From Tubiluchus corallicola (Eukaryota; Animalia; Priapulida), in contig JAQGDQ010000516.1 in assembly GCA_030141605.1 (NCBI GenBank), forward strand, positions 1-64,000: 64,000 nt of DNA, written 5' to 3'. Below, in pieces: positions 1-12,504 of the stretch. A model generated the notes under the pieces. It saw only the letters and a program-made list of their open reading frames with translations. It searched no databases and had not been told where the DNA came from. Each line of letters begins with the position of its first letter. Position 1 is the first letter of the stretch. Position numbers and translations under genes: made by a program.

Positions 1-119
1 ATTCCTTCAATTTCCGTAAGTGAATCGTGGTCTGTCGTTCATTTTAGTTCATTTTATTTTTTTAAAACTGACATGGTTCAGAGTCCACTTCTCATCACTT
101 CTATAAAGTATATGGTTTA

Positions 120-3100
120 TTACCTGGAACACTGGTAGAAATTTAAGAATCCTGCATAACGACATCTCATTCCGTTTTCACCGAAAAGTTCTTCCGGAGC
201 GCTGTCCTCTGTGTAAAAATTGAAAACTTTATTGTATTTCAGAGATCTACGGCAGCGCATTAGAGCCAAAAGAAATATTACAAAAAAGAAGTATATAATT
301 ATTATATTACGACATAAAATGTAGTTATCATTATTTAATAACTCGTAATTGCGACATAATATCTCGTAAATTATGAGATAACAGGATTTTTCTTTTTCCA
401 TGGCCTTAGTGCGCTGCGGTAGATATGAGCAGAATATCATCAAAATGTCAGCAGATTTATTCAAACGAGTTATTGGAAAACTGGGCAGTAAATTAGTAAT
501 CTCTTTTTGTGTAGTTGTAATAGACTTGTGGGAAATTTGAAGACTTGAAAGCTTTGGCTTGGAAATTTGATATGTAGAGTGTGTTCCTAGTACACAATAG
601 TATTCAGTTTTCTGTTGGAAATGAATTCAAGTGACAATAACAACAACAATAAGTATATATAATTATATAGCAAAATTTTTACCTTCTATTAAATCGGACC
701 GCTTTCCGTACCGTCCCTGTGGATCCCATCTCCTGAAAGCTTCTAATCCTGTGAAAATACTGTTATTAGTATCAAGCGAAAATTATTTTTATGAAAGTGA
801 GGAAGAGTTTGTACATTTTCTGAAAAACCGAAGGCCGTAAGGACAAATGCGTGATTATGCAGTTAAATGTACACGTATATCTACCGTATAATGTATGATA
901 TCAACTTTATAGACCCGTTGAGACTAAAAATTCTGTAAAAAAATCGTCATTCAGAAAATCCATTTTCTATCGTTTTCTTTGTCCCGTCTACTACTGTTAT
1001 TAATTATTTTACATGAACATAACAAATTTTGAAAAGTTATGTGACACCAAAATTGTTGAAAATTCATCCTGCTGCCATGATGGACCATCTTCAGGACCTA
1101 AAATCTAGACTCTAAATCTACATTAATAAGCTGCATTAAAAGTGGTAAGATTGTGTATTTCTGTTGGCCATCAGTGCTTCCAGTCCGTAGAAAAAATTCA
1201 AGAAATAAAAATCAGTGTCAACACTCAGCGCCGGACATGGTTCTATTTATCAAAAGAGCAGATCTGCTGCAAACAAGTGGGATTTCTCCAGCAGCAACTT
1301 AGTGATTTTCCGCGTTTTACACTGTGGGTTATAAACCTCTGTATCAACTTGCATATATTCGTGTTAAGTGGGTTGTGCGTCGAAACGCGAGAATTGTTCA
1401 CATCATGCATTTTGAACAGGTTAAAGGAAGAACCAATCTTCCAACAACATTTATTGGATTTTGATATACAATTAAAAATATTGAAATCGGCACACAATAT
1501 ACGCACATAAAATGCCACGCTCAAAAATGCGAAAGGAATTTAAAGCGAACATCTGCCGGCATATTTGAAAAAAATGACCTAAGCATGTGCCTGCCACGAA
1601 CCGTGAATGCCGTCAAGGCAAGCTGTGTGAAGGTACACATTGCAGAATTTCTACAGTTCACTCATAAGTTCCGTTATTCTAGCGTTGTATTTAACTGTGT
1701 TTATGTAATAATTTAGTCATTGGATCAATTATGACCAAGTTTAAAGTGATTACATAGCTTTAACCCGTAGGATTATACTTTAAAATGTCTAAGTAATACA
1801 TATTAACTAGCCAAACCCCACAAAAAGAATTTTGTGCACAAATCAACACACAACCCACACCACTCCACCTCATCACACCACACTGCACCACACCATACCA
1901 CTCCACCTCATCGCACCACACAATACCACCACACCGCACCGCACCACACCATACCACCTACACACCACACCACCCACACCATACCACTCCACCACATCAC
2001 ACCACACTATACCACTGCACCACCCACACACCACACCACCCACACCATAATACTCCACCACATCACACCGCACAGCACCACGCCATAACACCACACTGCA
2101 CCACACCACCCACCCACCTACACACCACACCACCCACACCATACCACTCCACCACATCACACCGCACCACACCATACCATACCACTCCACCTCATCGCAC
2201 CACACAATACCACCACACCGCACCGCACCACACCATACCACCTACACACCACACCACCCACACCATACCACTCCACCACATCACACCACACTGCACCACA
2301 CCATACCACTGCACCACCCACACACCACACCACCCACACCATAATACTCCACCACATCACACCGCACAGCACCACACCATAACACCATACCACCACACCA
2401 CACCATACCACTCCACCACACTGCACCACACCATACCACTGCACCACCCACACACCACACCACCCACACCATAATACTCCACCACATCACACCGCACAGC
2501 ACCACACCATAACACCACACTGCACCACACCACCCACCCACCTACACACCACACCACCCACACCATACCACTCCACCACATCACACCACACTGCACCACA
2601 CCATACCACTTCAGCACACCGCACCACCCACCCACACACCACACCACACCACCCACACCATACCACTCCACCACATCACACCACACTGCACCACACCACC
2701 TACACACCACACCACCCACACCATAATACTCCACCACATCACACCGCACAGCACCACACCATAACACCATACCACCCACACCATACCACTCCACCACACT
2801 GCACCACACCATACCACTGCACCACCCACACACCACACCACCCACACCATAATACTCCACCACATCACACCGCACAGCACCACACCATAACACCACACTG
2901 CACCACACCACCCACACCATACCACTCCACCACATCACACCACACTGCACCACACCATACCACTTCAGCACACCGCACCACCCACACACCACACCACACC
3001 ACCCACACCATACGACTCCACCACATCACACCACACTGCACCACACCATACCACTTCAGCACACCGCACCACCCACACACCACACCACACCACCCACACC

Positions 3101-5787
3101 ATACGACTCCACCACATCACACCACACTGCACCACACTGCACCACAACACCCACCCACCCACACACCATGCCACCCACTCCATACCACACTACCCACACC
3201 ACACCCCACATGCCCTATCACCCCACCACACCATCCATAGCACAACACACAAAGCACACCACCACCACACCACATCAAATCCACCACCTCACGTGGTGAT
3301 CATGATGTTGATGATGATGATGATGGTGGCAACGATGACGACACCTATAGCACAAGCACCAACAGCACAGCATTACTACAAAACCATTCCAAACATTTTT
3401 CACAAAGTTGAAACTATGTGCTATAATATAATAAATAGCAAAGGCCCCGCAAAAGATTTTGCGTAAAAAACCACGTATAATCAATAACACGCGAACATTC
3501 TACCTAGTCCTCATTTATTACGCAAAGCCCATAACATCCTGCCTACTGTATGTTTACTTACCTAACGCAAAGCAGCAGCTATTACTGAATTAAAGCAAAG
3601 TTGTTTACTAACGCAAAGCAGCTTTTTGCTGAATTAAAGCTATAAGCAACAATGGATGACGTCACAACAATGCCTTTGCGTCAGCAGTTTTCTAAGCGAA
3701 AATTGCCGAAAATAGAACTCCTAACTAACTCGTTGATACTCCTCTCGGTGGACCTGCCCTAACATATAGCCCACATCATCGTGTAGCCCTGTCCTTCCTC
3801 TTTGTAAAGAGCTATATATCTCCTTCCGAGAGTCCCACCGGGCGCCGCTAGAACGTTTTTCCCGCATGCTGTTTGGTCAAAATTTCGAAAAAATCACGAG
3901 TTGGGTCCGGGAAAACGCCCGTTGCGGGGCGCCGTGGCCCTCTCGGGAATTCTAAATAGGCCTACTACACCCACCGCTGAACGGGCTATCTATCCATACC
4001 CAGCACCCCCCTCGGCCCGTTCCCGTTCTCTACATCTCAGCCGTATAACTTTTGCAAAAAACGGCCGAAAAAGGGCCATTTTTGGAGGTTTTTCGCCTCC
4101 CCCTCCTCCCGGTGGGCCCCATTCGAAAAATAAACCATCAATGAGAAGACACTAGATCGAGACCTTTCGTTTGATATATAGATCGCCGCAAATGGTGCCC
4201 TCGTCCGGGCTGTAGCCTCGAATCTTATATATATATATATAAATAAATTAAGCCCATACCAAGAATATTAATATAAGAGACTAGCAAAGGCCCCGCAAAA
4301 GATTTTGCGTATAAATACACGTGTAATCAATAATACGCGAACATTCTACCTAGTACTTATTTATAACACAAAGCCCGTAACATCCTGCCTACTGTTTGTT
4401 TACTTTGCCTGTAGCAGCTTTTTGCTGAATTAAAGCTATAAGATTATAGACAGAGTACAATGGATGACGTCACTACAATGGCTTTGCGTCAGCAGTTTTC
4501 TAAGTGAAAATTGTCGAAAATGGAACATCCAATTAACTCGTCGGTACTCCTCTCGGTGGACCTGCCCTAAAATATAGCCCACATCATCGTGTAGCCCCGT
4601 TCTTTCTCTTTGTAAAGAGCTATATATCTCCTTCCGAGAGTCCCACCGGGCGCCGCTAGAACGTTTTTCCCGCATGCTGTTTGGTCAGAATTTCGAAAAA
4701 ATCGCGAGTTGGGTCCGGAAAAACGCCCGTTGCGGGGCGCCGTGGCCCTCTCGCGAATTCTAAATAGGCCTATGACACCCATCGCTGAACGGGCTATCTA
4801 TCCATACCCAGCACCCCCCTCGGCCCGTTCCCGTTCTCTACATCTCAGGCGTATAACTTTTGCAAAAAACGGCCGAAAAAGGGCCATTTTTGGAGGTTTT
4901 TCGCCCCCCGTTCCTCCCGGTGGGCCCCATTCGAAAAATAAACCATCAATGAGACGACACTAGATCGAGACCTTTCGTTTGATATATAGATCGCCGCAAA
5001 TGGTGCCCTCGTCCGGGCTGTAGCCTCGAATCTTATATATATATATATAAATAAATTAAACCCATACCAAGAATATTAATATAAGGGATTGTGCTAATAA
5101 TAAATTTACAGTTTTTGTTGACTTTCAGTTAGGCGTGCAAACTTGTGAGCATGTAGAAGGTGCTGAGCGAGTTAATTAGTTTATAAAGATCGCTGTGTAA
5201 GATGAACAAAAGATTGCTGAAGCACCTGACAGAAAAAGCGTTTATATTGCACGGTAACCAGATGCCGGTACATTTCGTTCAAACTGAGTGCGTTCAAACT
5301 TGAAGTAATCGCGACTTTATTGATTTTACACGAAACGCTTATCACGGTTTTATTATTGCTAAAACTTTTTAACATTTTTCTCAAATATTAGAATAATGTC
5401 AACTTTCCGACAGACTTGGCATTTACTTTAATAGAATCATGTCCATCTTAGACACTGTGACTTTAATGGATACTGGTATTTATTTTTATTTTAAGAATTC
5501 GATTTCCTCATCACCTATATATATATCAAGAAGCTTCCATTAAGTTTTAAAATGACAATCCCATGTATTTCAATTATAACGTGAAAATAATATATATTAA
5601 AAAGAGACTGCACGTGAATAATACCATTTTGCCAGCCAGTCTGGAGATGAGAAGGCATCTCTTCTTCGGCTCTTTTTCCATATCTCATGTTTGGCTGCCA
5701 TAATTGCGCGTATCCCCCTGATACAACTAAAGCTAATACTACAGCCAGTAAGCAATTACACACTGCTGAATAGTTAATCGACACCAT
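120..5787 (-). CDS. Luqin/RYamide-type neuropeptide precursor (coding exons 5787-5625 and 208-120; a further 3' exon may lie left of the window if the donor at 123 is used)
   Basis: Exon A follows the acceptor ttttcag (5795-5793), ATG at 5787. It encodes signal peptide MVSINYSAVCNCLLAVVLALVVSGGYA, then QLWQPNMRY-G-KR (amidation Gly plus dibasic site), and ends at a phase-1 GT donor at 5624. Exon B has acceptor tttacacag (211-209), is phase-compatible (G|AG=E) and reads EDSAPEELFGENGMRCRYAGFLNFYQCSR. A peptide directly after the signal peptide plus a C-terminal C-X10-C pair is the luqin/RYamide precursor layout. Confidence 0.88.
1845..3275. repeat. CACCA-type higher-order tandem repeat (satellite-like) in the luqin intron
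   Basis: About 1.4 kb of 5-mer variants (cacca/tacca/ctcca/catca/ctgca/caccg) arranged in recurring ~50-60 bp blocks such as cacaccacaccacccacaccataccactccaccacatcacaccacactgcac. Confidence 0.95.
3435..4280 (-). mobile_element. Non-autonomous Helitron, copy 1
   Basis: Minus strand starts 5'-TC (tctcttatattaatatt) and has an internal (TA)n. Hairpin cgcaaaa-ga-ttttgcg at 3448-3463 lies ~10 nt from the 3' terminus CTAT (degenerate CTAG). Colinear with copy 2. Confidence 0.85.
4281..5088 (-). mobile_element. Non-autonomous Helitron, copy 2
   Basis: 5'-TC at 5088-5087, preceded by A. Same subterminal hairpin; perfect CTAG 3' end at 4284-4281. The dimer as a whole sits between A and T with no TSD, the canonical Helitron insertion signature. 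Confidence 0.88.
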
Positions 5788-5832
5788 TTTATCTGAAAAT
5801 AAAAATGGGATGAAAAAGGATGGGGCGCTCAG

Positions 5833-5884
5833 CAGGGCTCAGAGTTACCTATAGGCTAGTATAGGCTGCAGCCTAGGGCCCCTC
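5833..5884 (+). repeat. Short dispersed repeat, probable hAT-type transposon terminus (also at 11279-11320 and 21491-21558)
   Basis: The shared string cagggccggattatcctataggctagtataggctg (with variants) occurs three times. CAGGG-type starts are typical of hAT TIRs; partner ends were not found. Confidence 0.55.
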
Positions 5885-6100
5885 GAGCATACTTCGCATT
5901 CATATATGAATAATGATGAATGATATAATATATAATGATATATGAATGATATAATTCATATATGATCCTAAAGTTTTGGCTGGATTTATTAGGGAGTGTT
6001 TTGATTTATACTAATTTATTAACTTTTATGAAGTCTGATTAGTGTCGATCTAATGTTATCGCCATTAATTTACCTCTCGTAATGTTTGCTAAATATAGCA

Positions 6101-6150
6101 TAATAATAATAATAATAGTAATAATAATAATAAAAATAATAATAATAGTA
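6101..6150. repeat. (TAA)n microsatellite
   Basis: Imperfect taataataa tract. Confidence 0.9.
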
Positions 6151-9100
6151 CTGACAAGCTAAGTCCGGCTTGATTGTTGCCTTATGTAAGAAGGTGCATC
6201 TTCGGTGTAATAATTTCGTCTTATTACTGCTAAGTGTACTTTGTAAGATGATAAATGTATTTTTATTAACAAACTGAACTTTGATGATGTTTGATGAATA
6301 ACTGAAAATGCAAAAGATATAAAATTGCAAATTTTTAATTTAAGCAAAAGATAGAAATTGCAAAATAAATCGAAAATTTGCAACTTTTTTCTTTTGGGTT
6401 CTTTTTTATTGATCATACTGATAATCAATTTTTTCGTGAAAATACGTTTTTTAGGTTACTTTCATCTTATGTTTTTTAAATCTTTCAGATAGTAGCTGTT
6501 TTAGATGTGTATTGCTCGTATTTTTTATGTTTTATGTACACTATTACAAGATTCTGCTCGATGATTCCGTTCGATGCCGGTGATGACTACGTTCATTCTT
6601 TTATTTTGTTCTCTTCTGATCCGTTTTGTTTTTACTAAAATGGCTGGTGATTCGGGTTGGATAGTGCGATCAATTTTATTCAGATTATTTTTAGTCAAAT
6701 TACAAAACAACAACAACACCTATGTGCATAACTCACAGAGCGATTTAGTCAGTTTCTGTATAAAGTACGCCACACTCTTTATTTATAACAGAACAGCCAC
6801 ACGAGCATGTTGGCTGTTGACTTGTTTTAAACGCAATGCAGGAAAAAACATTGAATCTTGAAACTGGATGAAGCATGGTTACAGCTGATGGCTACCTCCA
6901 TTTTCAGAGTGACACTTTGCCAAGTTTTAATTTTTGTGTATGTGTGACAGTAGCATAACCGTTACCACAGCAGCAGCTAGTAACAGCAGGAATAACACGT
7001 GAACCAATGGAGAAAATCGACCATAGGGCCTAATTGAATGATTCGGTGTCATTATTGAACACCATTTTCGTGAAGTGTGTAAAAATTAATCATTTTTTAT
7101 TTGTTTTAATGTCTTTTACGTTAAAAATATTAGTTTTGCTTTGCAAGGCGTTTTAATTTTCATGATCATGACAGTTTTGGTTTATTATAGTACGTACTTC
7201 TCTAATGTAACACGTTTGGTCTAATATCTTAAATTGCTCAAAGGTGAAAGGTGAAAGAGGAATGAGAAAACGACTGAGAAAAAACCTATCCTGAAAACGC
7301 TACGTTCACTCCACCGGCTGTCAGACTATATAACTACAATTACTCTATTGGAAATAGATTTCTTTACATTTTTGTGATAGACGTGTTGTTTTATTTATGT
7401 CATTTGACGTCCCTGCAAATGAAATTTATTGTTTTAGGATGTTCACAGGTTCTTGAATTCGTTGTTATAATATTGTCACGTCAAAGTAAGTCTGACAGCT
7501 AAATGACATAATGATGTAATTGCTCAGTCTTATTGATTAATAATTATATGGCTATTAGCATCTAACTTCCATTTTGTTAAGCGAGGGCAAATCCATCATT
7601 AAGATTTCCAAGATACATACATATGTAAATATACTCTAATGCTTCTGGCAAAAAATTAATCTTTCAGTGGTTTGTTAAAAAGTACGTACAGTGCTAAAAC
7701 AAATGCGTCCAGTTTTTTATTTCAGTCTTACACGTTGGACAAAATTTAATAGTTTATGATCTTGGACAAGTAGTTTAAGAAAAACGCCTATATACACCTT
7801 TTCCCGACCTCTCCAACAAAACAGAGGCGTATATATAATGTGGTCAAGAAAATTAAAGTTTTTTAATTTTTTGCTAAATTTCATTCTTAAACAAGGTTGT
7901 TTTGAGAGAGTACGGGTGTGTAGGCGTTTATGAGCAGCCTTTGTACAGATATGTATGTGTGCATTATGACTATATATGTGCGCATTGTGGTTATGTATGT
8001 GTGTATTATGGTTATGCTTTTGTGTATTATGATAATGTTATGTGCATTATGTTCAGGTATGTGTTCATTATGTTCACGTATAATTTTCATTGTCTGTTGT
8101 AGTTTTTCTTCCTTGGCATTCGTGATGTCTTTGGTTTGTTTTATTTGTCTCAAACCAAGCAATTAATTGTTAAGAACTTCTAATTACAACTTGTTTGCCT
8201 GCCTGCGTCCTGTTGGAAAGTAAGGTAGGACATTAGTTGCCGAAACCTGAAATTGCCAATGGATTTCTCCCTGATGAGTGATGACTCTGTTTATGTGTCT
8301 TTATGTTATATCGTTTGGTATTGGATTGTGCAATTATTTTTAATCGAATTACCTCCCTTAGAAATGCTACTAGACTACCCATCACGTAAAACTGTTTAAT
8401 AGCAAATATAGTTTGTTTTACTTGAAGCAATGTTGCAAACGATTTATTAAGATAGGTTAAAGGTATATTAGTTTCTGTTAGTTCAATTTCAGGTTCATCA
8501 ACAAAGGACATCAACGTGCAAACAGTGTTAGTATATTTTTTGCTATGCGGCGAGAAAACATCAAACAATATAAGGTGATGCAATCTTAACAAATCTTTGA
8601 GACAATTAAATGGCCTAATTAATAACAAAGCCGCCTTGCTTTGTAATGAATTAGATCAGTTAATCTACTAATGGCCGTTCTTGGAAAAAAAGTTGGAATT
8701 AAATGAATTTCGTCATGTGACGATAAGCATGAACGACATTAATGTATACTCAATAATAAATTTCGCAGAAATTGACGTTTTAAAGTATTCCCGTCAAATT
8801 AATAATTTTGGCAAAATTAAGTATTATCGTTTATCAAGCCAATGCATTAAAATTCTGCCATTCTTGATATGTAGTTATACTTTAAAGACTGTAGCCACGT
8901 GATTAATTGCTACAAATCACGTGAAAACTATTTATTTGGCACACTTGCTTGGATAGAGCGTGCTGAGACTATTAGTCTGGTAGTACAGGAACGTTTACTA
9001 TAACAATATAATGTTTGAAAAGACTACAGTTAACTTTGAAATTTACCGCTGTGTTCACACATGAGCTATCGGTCGTGTATAGTTTGTCACAAACTAACAC

Positions 9101-11952
9101 GTCTGAACTGAGAGCTACAGCGCCTGTTTTTTGTGCAATGAGTGTCCGAAATTATGCAGGAATTAGTGCCCGTCTAAGTAGAGATGGCGAAATGCATGTA
9201 ACAGCGAAGAACTAGTGGCTCGAACGCGAAATTGTGTTTGTGTGGTAATAATACTTCCACGTATTTTTTAAAAAATAGTATGTTTCCTTGCAATATTTTA
9301 AAGAGTAGATTGTTTTGACCTACAGCTTAGGATTGGGTCCGGTTGGGCTTTAAGACTGAAACTCGACGCTTTGAGCACTGATTTTGTAAATTCTGCTATT
9401 GATCTGCCAAAGTTTATCAGCCCCGGTGGAGAATTCCAGTTTCGAGGTTTGAATCGAGATGTCGGCTTAAATTTGAAAAGTAGTTTTGTAGGACTCAGAC
9501 TGAAAATAAGCAAATCAGCTTCCTGTCGGTTCTATTGAAATACTTACTCTAATAAGAAAATTTCTTACCAAGCTACTGTCAGTTGTCTGAATAGAGGCTT
9601 TGCAACATCGAGGGCACCTATTGCAAATTGCACACATGACAGTGACATGACGTCACTAATGATTTGGCTATATCCGGCAACAAGTTGTCTAATTTTAGCG
9701 TTTGGCCCAAATCAAATTTACGCCCTCACCAATTAGGACTTCATCTCTGTACAGCAATCGGTTAATCTGTTGAACAACCAATCAAGGCGTACCTAAGCCC
9801 AACTGCCATCAAGTGTAAGCTGCGGCAATTGTATCTAGAAGACAGTTTGACATGTCTTTAGCAGAAATTCGCTTTTGCTATGCTACGCTATGCTTTGAAG
9901 GCTTTTCCTGCCTTGCCAAGCTGTGCTATGCTTTGAAAGCTTTTGCTATTCTTAATGATTACTACAGTCGTACGAAGCAAAAGCAGCGTTGTGAAGGTAT
10001 CGCATCTCGGCTTTAATTTGCGTGTGGTTGTGTATACCCCAGAAAATGCAATAACCCCTGTGACATACGGACAAGGTTGTATAAATCACCTACGTGTGTT
10101 GACAGACTTAATCGGTATATGGCGCAAGGTGCGCCTCCGCGGTATATGGCCCGTGGTGCACCCACAAAACAGTACTGAAGTCACAGATATAAACTGGCGA
10201 GCTATCATTATTTTGAATAGCTTTGCCTCGCAATGCAGTCCCAATAATATGCTCCTAGTATCACCGATAAGACAATGATCCTCGCCTAACTCATTAAACA
10301 CCCTCTGTGAAAACCTCCTTCATGCAATAATACGTACGCAATAAACATTAAATTAGACGATAAGCTAATCGGTTATAATTAGTCAAACTACTGTAAACTC
10401 TTAGAGCTCGATTTTGCAGGTAAAGGCTGTTAAGCTCTTTCTTTGTGATGCTCATTGGTTTTATAAACAACGGCATATAACATTGTTATAACATAGGGTG
10501 TTCCAAAAGAAATAATACAGTAAAAATAAGAAGAATATGACAAAATGGGCACACACTTCTGTAATATGACATGATAATGATTACATCATTGTAACCACTT
10601 TTCAGCCATATAATTTGGTTCCACTACACTTTGTATGGCGTAATGTGTATAACATTTGTTAGTGAACTGTTTCTTTGGAATACCTTGTATTACAGATCTG
10701 CGCATCTGTTACGTACGAAAATCCTGACATAATGCATTTATCGCTAGACAAACTGGCATCTTTTTTTGCTTTCGCTGTTCTTGCGCTCTTTAATTTTTTA
10801 GCGTTCACTGCAGTGATTCTCACGGTGTTGACTAGGCTAATTTACTCTGGCACAAGGTCTTAGCATTACGATTGAGCACTGCCTGAGGCTTTGCCTTCTC
10901 GAGAGATCTCTGTCTGAAAATGCACCGTCTTGTGCTAAAAAAGTAGCATCGGGTCAACAGGGTGCAAGCACGTCTAGGAACAATGCCCCATGTCATTTGG
11001 AGGATCGACTCAGTTGTGAGTCTAATCAAGGTCCATTAAAGTAATTAAATATGTAGACAGGAAAATGTCTAAGAAGCACAAACCTGGCTGTAAAAAACTT
11101 CTAGGCTGGACCAGTATTGGTTGGACGTGTGAGTACGTTGAAATTAATTGGCTTAACTGGCATTACATACAAGTTGTGCTAAAATGTCTAGTATTCTGCT
11201 TGAGAAACAAATAGAGATTTTTAGTAAATTTCTTACATCTTGGTAAACTTATATTATTAGTAACTATGAACTTATAATCAGGGCCGGATTATCCTATAGG
11301 CTAGTATAGGCTGGCTGCCACACGGACCTGGGCCACCTTGTTTTTCTTCTTAGCCAGGAGCGAGGCAAAAAGGCCAGTTCAAGACCCACGATTTTGAACG
11401 TGTACTTTCAGCAGTAACGGAATGTAAATATAGAATTTCATCGTGGAAATATTTTCGAATCAAAGACCCTGTGTGGCACAAACGTAACTATTTTTAATTT
11501 ACAATACTTACTTAACTAGCTTAACTTAAGTATCCAAAATTTTCAACATTAATGTTTTTCAGAGACTTTCTTCTTTTTCCATTTCGTAACTACTGTAAAC
11601 TTATTAGCTGAGCACAATTTTAAGGATTTTCTGTGAAGAATGATTTTTTTTATTGTGTTACCATTTTGTTTTTAATATTTATGATCTGTAGCGACTAGCC
11701 ATTCTAATGATTCGTAAGATTCAGACATCTTACTCACAGTACTTTCGTATATTGAATGGATAATAGTAGATAATTATAGATAATGTTTTAAGTGATTACT
11801 TACATAAAAACGCGAGCAATTGAAACTCTTTACGGGCCAAAAATTAATAAAGTAAAATAATTCAAATAAAATCAGGGGCTAAAACTTAATTAAACAAAAA
11901 TATGCTTAATCAAATCAAACAATACAAAACGAAGAATAAAAGTACCACTTAC

Positions 11953-12228
11953 CAATTTAGTATATCAGTTTTAACACAGAAGTTATTTATTCCGTGTTGT
12001 CTTATTCTCCAAGAATTTCTACTTTCTAGCAATAGATTCTCGTCTTCCGATGTGAATCTCTTTTTCCCTATTCACTAGCCTAGGTGACTTGTCTAAAGTA
12101 GTGTCTCATCCGCCTCTGGCAGCTCTGCCCTCATACGCCTCTTAAAACGTGCGCTGAGCAGAAGTCGCACATCAGGCCAAATTGACCACGAGGCTTTTCC
12201 TGTACGTGGGAAAGAGTTACGTCACGTG
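11953..12228 (-). promoter_or_regulatory. Putative promoter and non-coding first exon of the luqin-type gene
   Basis: Consensus donor G|GTAAGT at 11952-11947 on the minus strand, a TATA-like TTTTAAGAG at 12147-12139, and an overlapping CRE-like TTACGTCA (12217-12224) and E-box CACGTG (12223-12228). The first coding exon begins with a splice acceptor 5 nt before its ATG, so an upstream exon is expected. Confidence 0.45.
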
Positions 12229-12381
12229 CGGCAGGATCTTTCAACAATAAACAGCTTGTCATTCGTAATAAATTAATTATTGATAGTCATTAATTATTAA
12301 CTAATTAATCCCGCGCTTTACAGCTTAAACAAGTAAGTTTGATTGTCGTGTCGTGAGCGTGCTGTTTTAGAACTATTGTTA

Positions 12382-12504
12382 TGGCGCGTTCAGACTTAGA
12401 GACTTCTCTCACAACTTATTCTCTAGAGCTGAGAGTGAAGTCGCACATGTGAACGGCTTGGCGGCAGCAAGTTGCAAGAGAAGTCTCTACGTCTGAACTC
12501 GTCT
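12382..12504. mobile_element. PIF/Harbinger-type MITE
   Basis: ~28-35 bp TIRs (ggcgcgttcagacttagagacttctct / agagaagtctctacgtctgaactcgtct) flanked by TTA at 12379-12381 and 12505-12507. Confidence 0.75.

Noticed and set aside
1243-1524. Possible LINE endonuclease remnant (LCADFNI resembling ICGDFN)
   Set aside because: Only one short motif with weak downstream resemblance; not enough to call without a search.
1760-3183. Many overlapping V/W/C/G-rich and H/T/P-rich ORFs
   Set aside because: Artefacts of the stop-poor CACCA tandem repeat; no splice signals or coherent protein.
1845-3275. Possible CRISPR-like repeat-spacer array
   Set aside because: No unique spacers between constant repeats, no cas genes, and a eukaryotic intron context.
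3901-4963. Duplicated 84-aa ORFs (3901-4155 and 4709-4963)
   Set aside because: They start at TTG and lie inside the two non-autonomous Helitron copies; their similarity reflects the DNA duplication, not coding constraint.
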